From assembly GCA_964016885.1 (NCBI GenBank), contig OZ024743.1, forward strand, positions 105,710,001 to 105,774,000: a DNA stretch of 64,000 bases. Reading direction: 5' to 3'. Shown in pieces: positions 46,658 through 59,958 of the stretch (positions are counted from its first letter, which is position 1; every line of letters begins with the position of its first letter). This DNA comes from Eledone cirrhosa. Taxonomy: Eukaryota. Below the pieces are notes generated by a model, which was not told where the DNA came from, made no database searches, and saw only the letters and a list, made by a program, of their open reading frames with translations. The position numbers were made by a program, and so were the translations under genes.

Positions 46658-46726
46658 TTTTAGGTTACTGTCACGGCACCCATTGATTTCCCTTCTTTCA
46701 AACAATAGGCAGGCATTATTGGAAGC

Positions 46727-46916
46727 GGGGTATTGGTAGTATCGGTAGAAGGGCGGACACTATTCATTGTAGCATAGAGTTACGCCCCTTTATGATCTGA
46801 GTTTAAATCCCGCCGAGGTTCATTTTGCCTTTCCTCCTTACGGGTTCGATAAAATAAAGTACCAGTAATGCACTGGCATAATTGCTGGCCTTGTGCCAAA
46901 CGTAGAAACAATTATT
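46727..46916 (+). mobile_element. Full-length SINE copy with 13-bp TSD
   Basis: attattggaagcg at 46715-46727 and 46911-46923. Confidence 0.88.
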
Positions 46917-47128
46917 GGAAGCGTTAAGTTGACAGAATTTCTTGTGATTTTCTTTCCATTTCTTTCTGATTTGAGTTCAATTCTCGCGTAGGTCCAATTC
47001 CTTATAACCTGCTCCATACATAAAATCCATGATTATACAATTTTTCTTCTTTTGCGTTTCTCTTATCCATTCTCTCTTTCCTTCTCTCTCTTTCTCTCTC
47101 CCATTCTCTCCCATTCTCTCTCACTCTC

Positions 47129-47159
<31 letters not shown>

Positions 47160-47196
47160 CTCCCGCTCTCTCTTTATCCCCCACGCACTCTCTCTT

Positions 47197-47249
<53 letters not shown>

Positions 47250-48060
47250 ATCTACCTGTCAATCTCTCACTCGCCCATTTTGTCTGTGTTTTTTTCTGTC
47301 AGGAATTGTGTGTGATTAGTTCCTTAGATTAATAGTCATACCTAGACTTTAAATTTTTAAGGGCACGTCCTATGTTTTAGCTGTATCCATAAGATGTTAT
47401 TAGGTATAAGGAAGAATGTAAGGAAGCAATGAAGCATCGTTGTGCTGTTCAGTTCTTTTCCCATTCCTTATAGATATAATTTGAAATGTTCCGACATATG
47501 GCAATACATTGAAGTAAGATAACTGATCAATTAATCATTATTCCATTATTTAATTTTTTAAGAAGGCCCCGAAATGAGAAAACCATTAAATGTTGGATAA
47601 TATGCTTTATTGTCTATGTTTCAAATCACCAAGTTCTGGGTTCAAATCCCGCTGTGGTAAACTATGACATTTTCCAAGTGAAAGTCAATCAAATATAATA
47701 CGGGTGTCAATTTAATCGAGCTTTCTTCTTTCACAATCTGCTGAACATGTTATCAAATTAGGAAGCGTCATATAATCTAAACGATGTATAATAATAACAA
47801 ATTTGAATAATAAAAGTATAATGTATTTGTAGAAGCAGGCTCTGTGGTCGAGAAATTCGATGTACATACACTTGGTTCGAACTCTAAGTCTGGCCTGTCG
47901 AACATGAAACCTGTAGAATAGCCTTGGGACGTGTCTTCTGATGGTTTTCATTCGACAAAAACCTTGCAGAAAGCCATAATATATATATTAATACATACAT
48001 ATACAAATGCACCTATACATATTACGTATATATGTGAGTATAAGTGATATTATTTATATA

Positions 48061-48137
<77 letters not shown>

Positions 48138-48163
48138 ACATATATATATATACGTATATAGTC

Positions 48164-48278
48164 TTAATATAGATGAGATTCTACAGGACTAGAACTGTTT
48201 CATTCTTTAGAAATCATCAGGATGATGATTTTTAAAGAATGAAACAGTTCTAGTCCTGTAGAATCTCATCTATATTAA
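48164..48278. repeat. Palindrome whose centre coincides with a hammerhead-like core
   Basis: Minus arm reads CTGATGA t-ttc-taaa-gaa-t GAAA cag..; 5' strand of stem I lost at the fold-back point. Confidence 0.75.
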
Positions 48279-48354
48279 AACTTTTATACTCTGCAATGTA
48301 GTGAGTACGTTACTTACTGTGGTTACCTCCGATTCAACCCGGAATAACGTATAT

Positions 48355-48419
<65 letters not shown>

Positions 48420-48469
48420 AGTATATATATATATATATACATTTGTATATATATATATATATATACATT

Positions 48470-48509
<40 letters not shown>

Positions 48510-48512
<3 letters not shown>

Positions 48513-48700
48513 CGAAGGAAATGTGGTAAGGAACCAGGTGGACCATAACGCACCAAAGTACTCAATACTTGAGGTAGTAGAGTGGGTAATAGGAACCAGT
48601 AAGACCCCGACAGCTGAGCTCAAGCCGTTTCGACGGCTAATTCAGTCCAGAATTAGCCGTCGAAACGGCTTGAGCTCAGCTGTCGGGGTCTTACTGGTTC

Positions 48701-48705
<5 letters not shown>
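48510..48705. repeat. Family A terminal fragment with hairpin duplication
   Basis: Homologous to 45922-46155; ~48590-48643 inverted at ~48650-48704. Confidence 0.85.
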
Positions 48706-48789
<84 letters not shown>

Positions 48790-50153
48790 CGTGTGTGTGT
48801 GTATGTATGTATGTGTGTATGAGTGGGTGTGAGTGGATACAATTATGTGGACAATTATTGATTGCCTACCCTTTTAGGGCAATAATAATTAAGATATTAA
48901 TTAAACTTTGATGACTAAAATATCCCTTCAGCGGTCTGAAATATTCAAATTCTGATTGGATGATTAATATAATATAATTACTTCCATGTTGTGCTGTTAT
49001 TTTTAGATTGCTCGGCTAATTAAACTAGATGATGACCCATTTCGTAAACAGTGTTCTCGTGAAAACGGTGCAAATTGCTTTATAATGTTGATTTTAACTA
49101 TACGATGTAGTAAACGTTCTAACGTAGAATCAGCACGAAAATGCATTTATTTTATTCACAGGAAATGTTGTAATGATAATCTAGTAATTAATAAAATTTA
49201 AAGTAAAACATGAAAATATAATATATTTAACAGTGACAATAGGATCTCGTCAATCTTATTTCATATCTCATCATACCCTTTGTTTTCTTTATACAATAGA
49301 ATAAGTGAACAGTAATGGATGATTTGCAAATGGCGCAGTTTCTCCATAGCTTATTCGTCTGTTTCAAAACATAAGTTGGAGGAAATATTAGCGTCCTAGA
49401 AAAATATGCAATGTTTTCCCTCATAATTCTGATATTGTGTGAAAGTACATGGCGAGATTTGGTGTTTCTTCTAGTGTTTGGAAACAAACTAACAGCCAAA
49501 TATGTCGTAATCTCTCTCATCTAAATTTCATAACCAAAGCCTCTTGCATTGATGTTCGTGATCTAGTTTATAAAATACACTGCAGACATATGTACGTGGT
49601 GATATACCGTTGAATCTATTTCGGCTGAGGCCACGGTATGATGGATAATAGAGAAGCGGTATGGCAACATATGTTTGACGTGCCTTTTCTGTCTGAGTTT
49701 AACATGGAAGATTAAAATATAGGATTTTTTTTTTGTGAAACACAAAGATTGGTAGAATTAAGTTATTTTCAGACGTGATACTTTTCTTGTATGATTGGCG
49801 TATATTGAACTCAAATAATAGCAACTGAAATCTAAATGATCGATATTTTCAGAGCGACGGTTCTGTTGCAAAACTGAGCCTAATTAATTTGGTAGTCATA
49901 GTAAATGCAGCTCACAGCTATTCCCTGTATCATTACACGAATTTACTGACTGCGTTATATAGACAATTAGATGCCTTTCCAAACATTTGTTTATTATTCA
50001 GCAATTTGTAATAAATGCATTGCGTATAAAGATTGAAATAAGCACTTGGCAAGCATATTCTATGAACTATTTTGAAACGATGTAACAACATTGAAATATA
50101 AGTAGGATTTTGAATCTCTCCCTGTCTCTGTCTGTCTCCCCCCTCTCTCTCTT

Positions 50154-50223
<70 letters not shown>

Positions 50224-50357
50224 ATGTAGAAAAGCGTTCGTGTCATCTAAGTTTCTGCTTGACCACTTCATATGGCAACTTGAGGAAACGGCCTAGCTGA
50301 CCCATCGTTGAGACCGAGAATTTTTAATTAAAGGAAACACACTCACGCGCACACACA

Positions 50358-50438
<81 letters not shown>

Positions 50439-50602
50439 AATTAGTATATCTACCAACATATTTATACAGATGTACACTTACGCTAGCAAGATATAGGGTT
50501 TTTTTCTTAGTAACTGTGTGGTTCAATACAAAAAGGTAGAACAATTATATGAAAGACGTAAAATAAGAAAATTATAGTAATTAACTTACTTACTTAAGTT
50601 TC

Positions 50603-50678
50603 ACTCCAACTAATTAGTTTCTGAAAGGGGATATACATAGTGGTCAACCTATGGAAAATCCTTTCTTCATCAGGGAGT
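50603..50678 (-). ncRNA. Type-I hammerhead ribozyme with long stem II (family H), intact core
   Basis: actcc CTGATGA a-gaaagg..cctttc-a GAAA ctaattag TT ggagt; perfect 5-bp stem I, palindromic ctaattag; inverted copy on + at 50957-51032. Confidence 0.78.
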
Positions 50679-51104
50679 CAATTCTCGGCTAAGATTCCTG
50701 GCGTTAGGCGGACACAGGGAGCTCAAACAAAAATAATTCAGTGAATGTAAAAAAAGCAAGCGCGGAGTAAATTTCAAGACACTGAAAATTTCACTGCTTT
50801 CCCGGTCAGTGGAAAGTTCAAAAGAATGAATCACGTGACATCGAGGTTAATCAGTGTCTTGAAATTTAGTCCGCGCTTAGTTTTTTCCATTCACTGATTT
50901 ATTTTTGTTTGAGCTCTCTGTATCCGCCTATCGCCAGGAATCTTAGCGGAGAATTGATTACCTGATGAAGAAAGGATTCTCCATAGATTAAACACTATGT
51001 ATATCCCCTTTCAGAAACTAATTAGTTGGAGTGAAACTTAAATAAGTTAATTACTATAATTTTCTTATTTTACGTCTTTCATATATATATATATATATAT
51101 ATAT

Positions 51105-51344
51105 ACAATTATACTAAATAAATGGAAACTATATTTACAAACCCATATTTATTCTATTATATATATTTCAAGGGTACCAACATTTTGGTACGCTATCGTC
51201 AAATAAATTACGAAGTGTGTTTTATAAATTTTGACATAACCAATGAGAATATACCTTAACGGTTCAAGTTTTTCTTCGAGTGCTCTGAATCAGTTATGAA
51301 CATTTATATTTGCTGAATTACCAAGAAATTGAATATCCCTTTTG

Positions 51345-51345
<1 letters not shown>
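51105..51345 (-). mobile_element. Solo family F Penelope pseudo-LTR fragment
   Basis: Matches 23722-23895 and 27343-27510; joined to an inverted piece matching 27835-27900. Confidence 0.8.
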
Positions 51346-51380
<35 letters not shown>

Positions 51381-51414
51381 CAAAAGGGATATTCAATTTC
51401 TTGGTAATTCAGCA

Positions 51415-51446
<32 letters not shown>

Positions 51447-51871
51447 TATATATATATGAATTAGAACCCTGTAACCATTAAGCTCTAAGTATAAAGTACA
51501 AATAAATACTGAGCCGATTAACAATATATAGTAAGAAACACAGTAAACCGTGTGTCTAAAATTACAAGGGTTGGAACACCACATATGCTTGAAATATTTA
51601 ACCAAGAAACAGACAGGATGACAAAATGAAAATAGAAATATATTATCATAATACAAACCGCCTCAATAACCATTATATCTCTCGGACAGATTATCCCTAA
51701 TCTGTTTCTTGGTTAAATATTTCAAGCATATGTGGTTTTTCAACCCTTGTAATTTTAGACACACGGTTTACTGTGTTTCTTACTATATATTGTATATATA
51801 AATATATATGTATATATATATATATATAAAAGTTTACATATATATTATCTTGTGATTCTATAGACATGTTA

Positions 51872-51911
<40 letters not shown>

Positions 51912-52821
51912 GTGTGTGGGTGTGTGTGTGTGTGTGGGTGTATGTGTGTGTGTATGTGTATGTGTGTGTGTTTCTTTTAATTAAAAAGTCTCGGTCTCAA
52001 CGATGGGTCAGCTAGGCCGTTTCCTCAAGTTGCCATATGAAGTGGCAAAGCTGAAACTTAGATGACACAAACGCTTTTCTACATTAAAATAAACATTTTG
52101 TTTTCCATTCTACCAAGCAGTATTGTATATGAATCCGTACATATATATTATAATAAATAAATATAATTATTTGAAAAGTGTCATGGCGTTTGATGAATCA
52201 TACCAATGCAATAGGGGAATACGTTTCATCTATTTCAGAGAGATTATGCCTAGTTAAAAATTTGAGAAATTAACAATGAAATTATACTGAGATGGAATTA
52301 AATTATAAAGGTTCATGTCACATTTTTGCTAATGAAATAGATATTGTAACATTTATCCATTGATTAACCTCACCTACACTTCTACCTTCAATGTGTAGAT
52401 GATAGTGAAATATCTTTCAAATTCAGAATTTATAAGCACTACAATGTATAAGCGTATGTATTTATGTCCGCGATTAAATATTCAACTGAAGTAATGTTCC
52501 TATTGTCCCATACCCATATATGTGTTTTGTATCATTTCTACATGTAAAATATAACCGTCACGAAATACGTAATATAATCTACATCCTTTTCATAGACGAT
52601 CTAATATAATGATTAAAAATATTTGTAACGTAATATGTGAGGAGGCAAGGATATTAAATAGAACCACAGACTTAAGCACAATGTGGCAAAATGCCATTAA
52701 ATTTATTGCTATGTAGATCGATTTTTTCAATCATATGATTGATTAATCCGCCCGCCTTTAGGGATTTAAAAAATCGACGCGTTGATAGCTTTGAAGAAAA
52801 ATTTTAAAAGAATGTAATACT

Positions 52822-52867
<46 letters not shown>

Positions 52868-53929
52868 CATAGATATTATAATATTATTGTTTAGTTAGGT
52901 ATAAGTAGCAGAGGGAAGGGCAACATAGAAATTTCATTAATCACTAAAGATAATATAATTTTCCTTCGGCATAGCACAAGAGACTCTGGGGGTAAATGTG
53001 ATATTGTATACTTTTAATATTTACCAGTATATTTTGCAAGGTGAGTAAAAAGAAGAAAACATCTTAGAAATAATAATTAAATAAGTTGGAGTTTCAAATG
53101 AATGAAAATATTTTTACCTTAGTCGTATCAAACTATAACAATCTTTTACTCATAGTAATTATACGAAATTAATACCTACATAACATATTTAACCTATATA
53201 TTTATAGACGTATTTCAGTTGAGTGAAGAAAGAATGTAACGTAATACTACGTATAACGAGAAAACATTACAATTCTTTGCAAATGTTTCCCATTATATAA
53301 TGTTGATGCCAGTTGACAACTTATCCTTTTTGAAATATTGAATTATGCATGCTATATTACCAAATCCAAGTGAGTAAGAAGGATGAAATTGGAAATAACC
53401 AAATACTGTGAACACATTCAGTTGGTGATTGTGGAAGATACGTTCTACATATAATAATTTATATTTAAAAAAAAAATGTTTTATCTAATTTCATGAGCAC
53501 AGTTTATTTAACTTTACTTTGCTGTATTTTGGTTTTAAAAGATCTCTAATAAAAACACAAATCAATCTCAGACACACACACACACATATATATTTATATA
53601 TATATGACACAGGATAATATAGTTGTGTATATGGCTTCTCTAAGTGAGATCGAACTCGGAAAACGTGTTTGGGAAGCGACATCCATAACCAAGCAGACAT
53701 ACAGGCAGCCATCATGGAGATAGTGCTTATCAAGGTGTACTTCGTACTTCACAGTAACGACAAACAAAGTTTGTGCGTTTCAATTGAAAATGACCAAAGG
53801 GACATAAGGTTTCCAATTGCATTATACTTATTTACAGTTCACAAACGAACATTATAATTTAATTTGCCCATTTTATCTTTCAGCCCTTTTTAAAGTTTGC
53901 CTTCGAAGATATCTAATAATAATAGGAAT

Positions 53930-53966
<37 letters not shown>

Positions 53967-54329
53967 CAATCTCTCGATTACGTTGGAACTCTGCATTTTA
54001 TAATGAACACTAAATAATAATAATAATAATGATTTCTTTATTGGCACAAGGGCTGACATCAAGAAAAACATTACAGACGGCATAGGACGGTACAGGACGG
54101 TACGGTGTGGGTTTTGTGCGTGTAAAGATTTTTATTATTTATAGAAAAAAGAAAAAAAAGACATAGAAACATATATATATAAACAATAAAAATGAAAATT
54201 GAAGCAATGAAATATTACCCAACAGGGGGAAGCCTCCGAGGGTTACTAATGGCGAAAACCGCACAAAAGACCACGGCCACCTTGACCACCAGGGCAAGTG
54301 CCCTCTCTCAATTTTTCCATTTCTCAAAC

Positions 54330-57300
54330 TACAGGCGTATATTCAGAGCGGTCCCGTTCACTCGGACCATTCTCGCTACATTCACCCCATTCTCGCTACA
54401 TTCAACAAACTTGCTAGAAGGCAGCACTTGCCTCTCCACCCTGATTTTTTGCTTCAAGTGAAACTTGAAAAAGTTAATTAGTCATTCGCCGAAGAGGAAA
54501 GTATCTGTTTTTAACCCTTTCAACCTTGTCCACCACACAATCTCTTTCGGCCTTTTTAGATGAAAACCGCCTGTCCTTCCTGCTCGAAGAAAGATGGCGA
54601 GACCCTCTGCACAATGGACTCAGTCGATAACCGGATCAGTCCTACAGGCGACAGCAACTGTTCGACATAGCTCCACAAGTCAGCAATGCTCGAGCACTGA
54701 ACGAGCGCGTGCACGACGGTTTCGTCGCTCTGCGCGCATCTCGGACAGGCTCGGCTGACGGTACTTCCGTGCCTGTAGAGCTTATCTCGAACCGTCAACG
54801 CTCCCCGGTACACTGCCAGGCCAGGGATTTTTGGAAGTTATCCATAGGCCCTGGGCTGAAAGTTCTCCGGAAGAGAACAAACAGCTGATCTTCTTCGACG
54901 CCCAGGATCTTTCCGCGAACGTCGTCGCTCTTCCCCCCACTAGTCCTCTATAGAACGCCGAGGTGGATGTTCCACCAATACTAGTGCCCAGCTGGCAGAG
55001 AGTAGTGAGCGCGTGGAGCCATTCCAGTTTCCAAGCGCTATACCTCGGTTTTTTCCTGACCCAGGACTACAGCTCCATCAAGGAGACGAGCTGTGGGAAA
55101 ACGTGCCTGGCGAACGGCGACCACACCTGTTCACCGTCAAGGAAGCACCAGAGATGTCGCAGCCACAGCGCATGTTTGCGTATCATCAGCCATGGCATGC
55201 TCAGTCCTCCACGCAACGGGTGTTCACAGCGGATGGATCTTCTGTCCATGGGAGCGCGTTCTTTCCACAAAAAGCGGAAGAGGAGGCGCTCCATTTTGGT
55301 GAGAGTTGTGTCGGGGCAAGGGACGACGGTGAGGCGGTCACAGATGACGGACTCTATGTACGCATTCGCCACCTCCGCTCGACCTTCAGAGACAGCCTCC
55401 TCTCAGCCCATTTCTGGGTGAGAGAGGCCACCTTACTCGTCACCTCGTTCCAGTTTTTCTCCATCTGTCGCCTCTCCAGGCGCCGAGCTGCAAGTCCAAC
55501 GACTTTTCCTGGTTTATCTTTGCTCCTGTCACCCCTTCATATTCCTTGAGAGCGGTGCTGAGTATCTGGGCGTGTCTGGTGCTAGACACCATCAAGGTGA
55601 TGTCGTCGGCGCAAGCCGACTCGGATTTCGCGCATCCTAGTTCGCGTGGGACGCCACTCATCGCCCCCAGTTTGTGCAATAACGGCTCGAGAGCCAATAC
55701 GTACAAGAGGGACGAGAGGGGACAACCCTGGCGGACCGAGCGCATGATGCTGAACGGCTGCGACAGGTGACCGTTCACCCTCACAACTGAGCAGATGTCG
55801 CTCTACATCGCAACGATCCAACCCCTGAAAATGGGCCCGAAACCGGCTGACTCGAGGACTGCTGCCAGGTACCGATGGTCAACCCTATCGAATGTTTGGA
55901 TTGATCCAAGTTGATCAGGGCCCCACCCGTGCCAGGTTCCTTAACCACCCTCTCTATGATGTATCGCATGAGCTGGGGGGTTGTCGTGTATGGATCTGTC
56001 CGGAACAGCGCATGTCTGCGCCTCTCCCACCAGACCCTTGACGACAAGCGCCAACCTCGTTTCTAACACCTTGGCCAAAATCTTGAACTCTGCGTTTAGC
56101 AGGGTTATGGGCCTGAAGTTATCGATAACATCCCCCTTGTTCGGGTCTTTTCTCAGCTGCGCCACCACTCCCCGGCTCATAAAACTGGGAATGCTGCCGT
56201 TCTGCTGCCAGTTGGATTAGGCGTCTGCCAAGAGGTCACCGAACAAATCTGGCATAAATGCATAAAGCCCGTAGGGCAGACCATCCAAACCTGGAAATTT
56301 ACCCCTCGTGCAATTAGCCATCGCTTCCCGTATTTCACCGGTTGTTATTGGCTTTTCGAAACACTGTGCTGCGGTCGGCGAGAGCCGAGGCAGTCCATCG
56401 AGGTATGCACTGAAGTTCATACTCCGATCCGGCACGCTGCTGCTCCCGAACAGTTCAACAAAGGGCTGCTGAAAAGCTTCACACATCTGCTCGGATTCAG
56501 GCAACACGCGCCCGTTTTGGTCAGACAAAGACCGAATTCTGAATTTGTTGCCACGTCGCGCCTCTCTCACCCGGGCCCATTGGACGGCTTTTGTCCCCTC
56601 GTGTTTCAGAGCACGCGCTCTAGCTCTGACAACACAGCCTTTTGCGTTGAAGAATTGGTCGAGAGCCAATCTCGCCGCAAGTACGTCGGTTGCGATGCCT
56701 GTCCTAAACGCCTCTTCTAGCTTTCTGTCTAGCTCCCTCTCTACTCTATTTTCCTCTATCACTAGTGCGTTGCTAAACCTAATCGACTCTACTTTAATTG
56801 GCCTTTTCAGGGCGAACCACCACCTGTTGTTCACGACCGCTCCCGTCAACGCCCGCTTAACTAATACGCTAATCCGGGAAAGACGCGTTCAGCTTCCAGT
56901 AACCGGGACCTTATCTATGGAGTTTGTCGATGTCGATCTCACAGATCACAAATTTATGGTATGTGTAGTCGACCATTTTAAATTGTGGACAACTTATACT
57001 AGCCTTATCTAGTTCTCTGCAGAATACCCTATCGAGATACGATCTGGATGACCGAATGCGGTTTGTCCATGTCCACATTGGTACATTCGGGTGATCTAGT
57101 CGATAATTGTCAGACAGTTCAAAACCTCTGAGCAGGGTGGTGAGGCTCTTGCACCGTCCTCCCGAATCCACTAGCCCCACACAATCCCAGCGTGCATCCA
57201 AGATACCGTTCCAGTTGCCCACTAACACTAAAGAGCGGGACGTTCCAAGAAAGGTCTCTAGACGTCTAAAGAAATCTGGCCGTCCTGTCCCTGTCGGGGC

Positions 57301-57636
57301 ATAGACGTCTACTAGCCTGAAAGCGTTGCCTTCGGTGTCGCTTACGTCCAGCACCACCGACTTACCTTCTGGTTCCAGGAAGATGGTCCGTATGGCGAGA
57401 CCCGAGCTTTTCCGAAACAACACAGCCACTCCGCCCCCCGCTCCCGGACGGCTCGGAGATGCGGACACCTCGTAACCGTCGGTGATCGGTGCCAATGCTT
57501 GCGTGTCGGAGATTCTCGTCTCGCTGATGGCCACCATAATTATGTTTAGTGACCTGAGGGCGTTAAGCAAGTGACCCTGCTTCCAAACCGAGCTCAAGCC
57601 ACGCACGTTTACACTTCCTATCTAGATACGGCCATG
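54330..57636 (-). pseudogene. LINE ORF2 (AP endonuclease + RT + C-terminal zinc finger)
   Basis: NVRGL, ISET, GGGVA, VYAP, SYLDR, PGLDGLP, NFRPITLLN, VRQGCPLS, ADD, CPRC..ETVVH. Confidence 0.92.
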
Positions 57637-57699
57637 TTGGGTGAGGAACCGGGTAAGTGAGAAAGGATCACTTACCTTGATCGTCTGGTGAAGAGACCG

Positions 57700-59480
57700 T
57701 TTAATCGTCCCTTCGGCTGGTCGTCGGCTTTTCTGTGAGTATATCCGAGTATACTCTCTGGTTGAGTGTCCCTCCTAGGTCTCTGAAACCACCAACTGCG
57801 TTGTGGAATTTCGTTTTAATGTTTGTGTATTGTTTCTGTGCTATTCTTACCAGTCTTATGTTCGTTGGTGTTTTGATTGGTGCTGGTATTATGTAGTTGT
57901 GCTGTGAAATGTCTGTGTTCAATTATGTAAGTCATTAGTTTATTGTTGTGTGCATTTATTGCTGTGCATTTCTTTTTCTGGGCGTGGGGTGTGGTTCTGC
58001 TATTTTCTTGTCATTGTTGCTTGGTGTGTGTGTTTTGGTGTTGTGTTTGCGATGTTGGTGCTTGTGGTGGTGTTGTTGTTGTTGGCGGTGGGGTTGCCGC
58101 CGGTGGTGATGGTAGTGCTAGTGTGGGTGCTGATAGTGTTGGTGGTGTTGCTGCTGTAAGTCTCTTTGCAGTGGCCTATGTTCATTTCTTCCCTCCCTTT
58201 TCGAAGGCTACGATACATTTCTTCTGCGTGTGTGCCTTCTTGCGACCTTTTGCCATCCCTCTCCCACCTCACACCCCATGTCCGATTTTGTGAGGTCGGG
58301 GAGGGTTACAAGCTCCACTCTTTCACTTGTTCTTGTTGGTGATGGTTGCAGTGGAGTCTCTGTTGCAAGTGCAGTTGGTATTACTGTTGTTGTTGTTAAT
58401 ATTTCCACTGCTGGTGCTGTCCTTGATTTCCATGGCGTGGTTATGGGTGTCACGGACCTATCCTTCCTGCTTGCGGCTTGTCCTGTTGCTGGTAGTATGG
58501 AGCCGGTTTCGGTAGGAGGGTTTTTTTTCCTTTCTCAGGGTCTTCTCATTGCAGAAAGCCCTGAGGTGAGTCTTCGACCCACAGCGGAAGCATTTCAGGC
58601 GTATGCCCTCAACACTTATGGGAAGTTGAGTGCCGTTATCGAAGTCTATAACATCCGGGATAGCTTCAATGCAGTCCTGGTTGGTTTGAATTAAACATCT
58701 CAATGGAGGCGCTGACCCAATCTTCTCGTACTATTTTCTGTACTTGCAGTACGGTTGTTTTGTCCTCGATTCCGATGAGGACAGACGCGGCCAGCCAAGA
58801 AGAGGCCATCCAGAAGGAGGGGGGGGCAGTTTGACCCTCACAACTTTTTGCCCGCAGTAGGAGGGTACCAACACCATTTCTCCACTCCTTAGGATTACTA
58901 GGGATTAAGCATTTGCCTCCTGGGGTGTGGGAAAATGCACGTCCACGGTGGCATATTTCTTGCCTCGGGTGATATGCATTTTCCGCTGCCACACAGACCC
59001 TAAGGCTTTTTGTATTTGAGCCTCTGTGGCTCTTTCAATCCTACGTGATTTTGTGCTTACTGTACGGTACGTGACCTTACAGTGCTGTTGGGTTTCAAAA
59101 ATGTTTCGGCTGCCTTGCAGATTGCTCGGTGTCCAGTTTTCGTCACCATCTTCCTTGCTTCCCGTAATTCCTCACTTGTTATAAGGATGGTTTCCAGGTT
59201 CTTTGTGATACCTGCAAATGAGATTGGTTTTTCTTTCTTGTTGTTGTTGTCGTCAGAGCTGCTGTTACTTTTGTTGTTGCTGCTGGTAACTGCCGCCGCC
59301 GCTGCTGTTGTTGTTGTTGTTGTTGTTGCTGTTGCTACTGCTACTGTTGTTGTTGCTGTTTCTGCTGCTGCTGTTGTTGTTGCTGTTCCTGCTGCTGATG
59401 ATGTTGTTGCGGCTGCTACTAGTATTTTCCTCGCCACTGTTGCTGCTGCTGCTGTTATTACGGCTGCTGCTGCTATTCTT
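57700..59480 (-). pseudogene. LINE ORF1 (gag-like, CCHC zinc knuckle), frameshifted
   Basis: CFRCGSKTHLRAFC in ORF 58458-58703; low-complexity termini; directly upstream of ORF2. Confidence 0.7.
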
Positions 59481-59958
59481 CATGACGTCAGACGAATGAA
59501 ATGGCTTTCCGAATTTACCGCACACATCTTTCGTTGTTGTCGTCGTCGTGGAGAAATGTTGCACGGTACCCGCGTTCTCTTGATGATGAACGCTACGAGA
59601 AACTACATTTTTCTTTTTCTTTAATGGCGTCGCTTGCAAAAGAGGCGACAGAGCGACACCACATTTAGAGAAGGGAGGGAGAGAGACAATCTTTTCTCTG
59701 ACGTAATGACGATTTGGGAAGAAGACAGAAGGAGTGGGAGTGACTTGTGAAAATTCTTTTTTGTAGCCATGTTTTTTTACGGTTTAAAATGAATATTGGG
59801 CACAAATCCACAATAACTGGCTATTTAACCCCGAAGGGCCAAATAACGGGCAGAAAGACCCATCTCACGAGGAGGAGGGTGTCATTATCTACAATTGTTA
59901 TAACGGTTAAAATTTACAATACCTTACAGAGCCGGACCTCCGTCAACCATAGCATTCA

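Larger units (their letters stand above)
50221..52088. repeat. Outer inverted repeat (50221-50341 / ~51968-52088) enclosing three further palindromes
   Basis: ttaatgtagaaaagcg..ggaaacac versus gtgtttc..cgcttttctacattaa; inner inverted repeats at 50546-51084, ~51305-51420 and ~51521-51793. Confidence 0.85.
54012..59700 (-). mobile_element. Near full-length Tx1/L1-type LINE, copy 1 (disrupted)
   Basis: ORF1 with CCHC knuckle, ORF2 APE-RT-zinc finger, (ATT)n tail at ~54012-54029; 5' limit uncertain. Confidence 0.92.
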
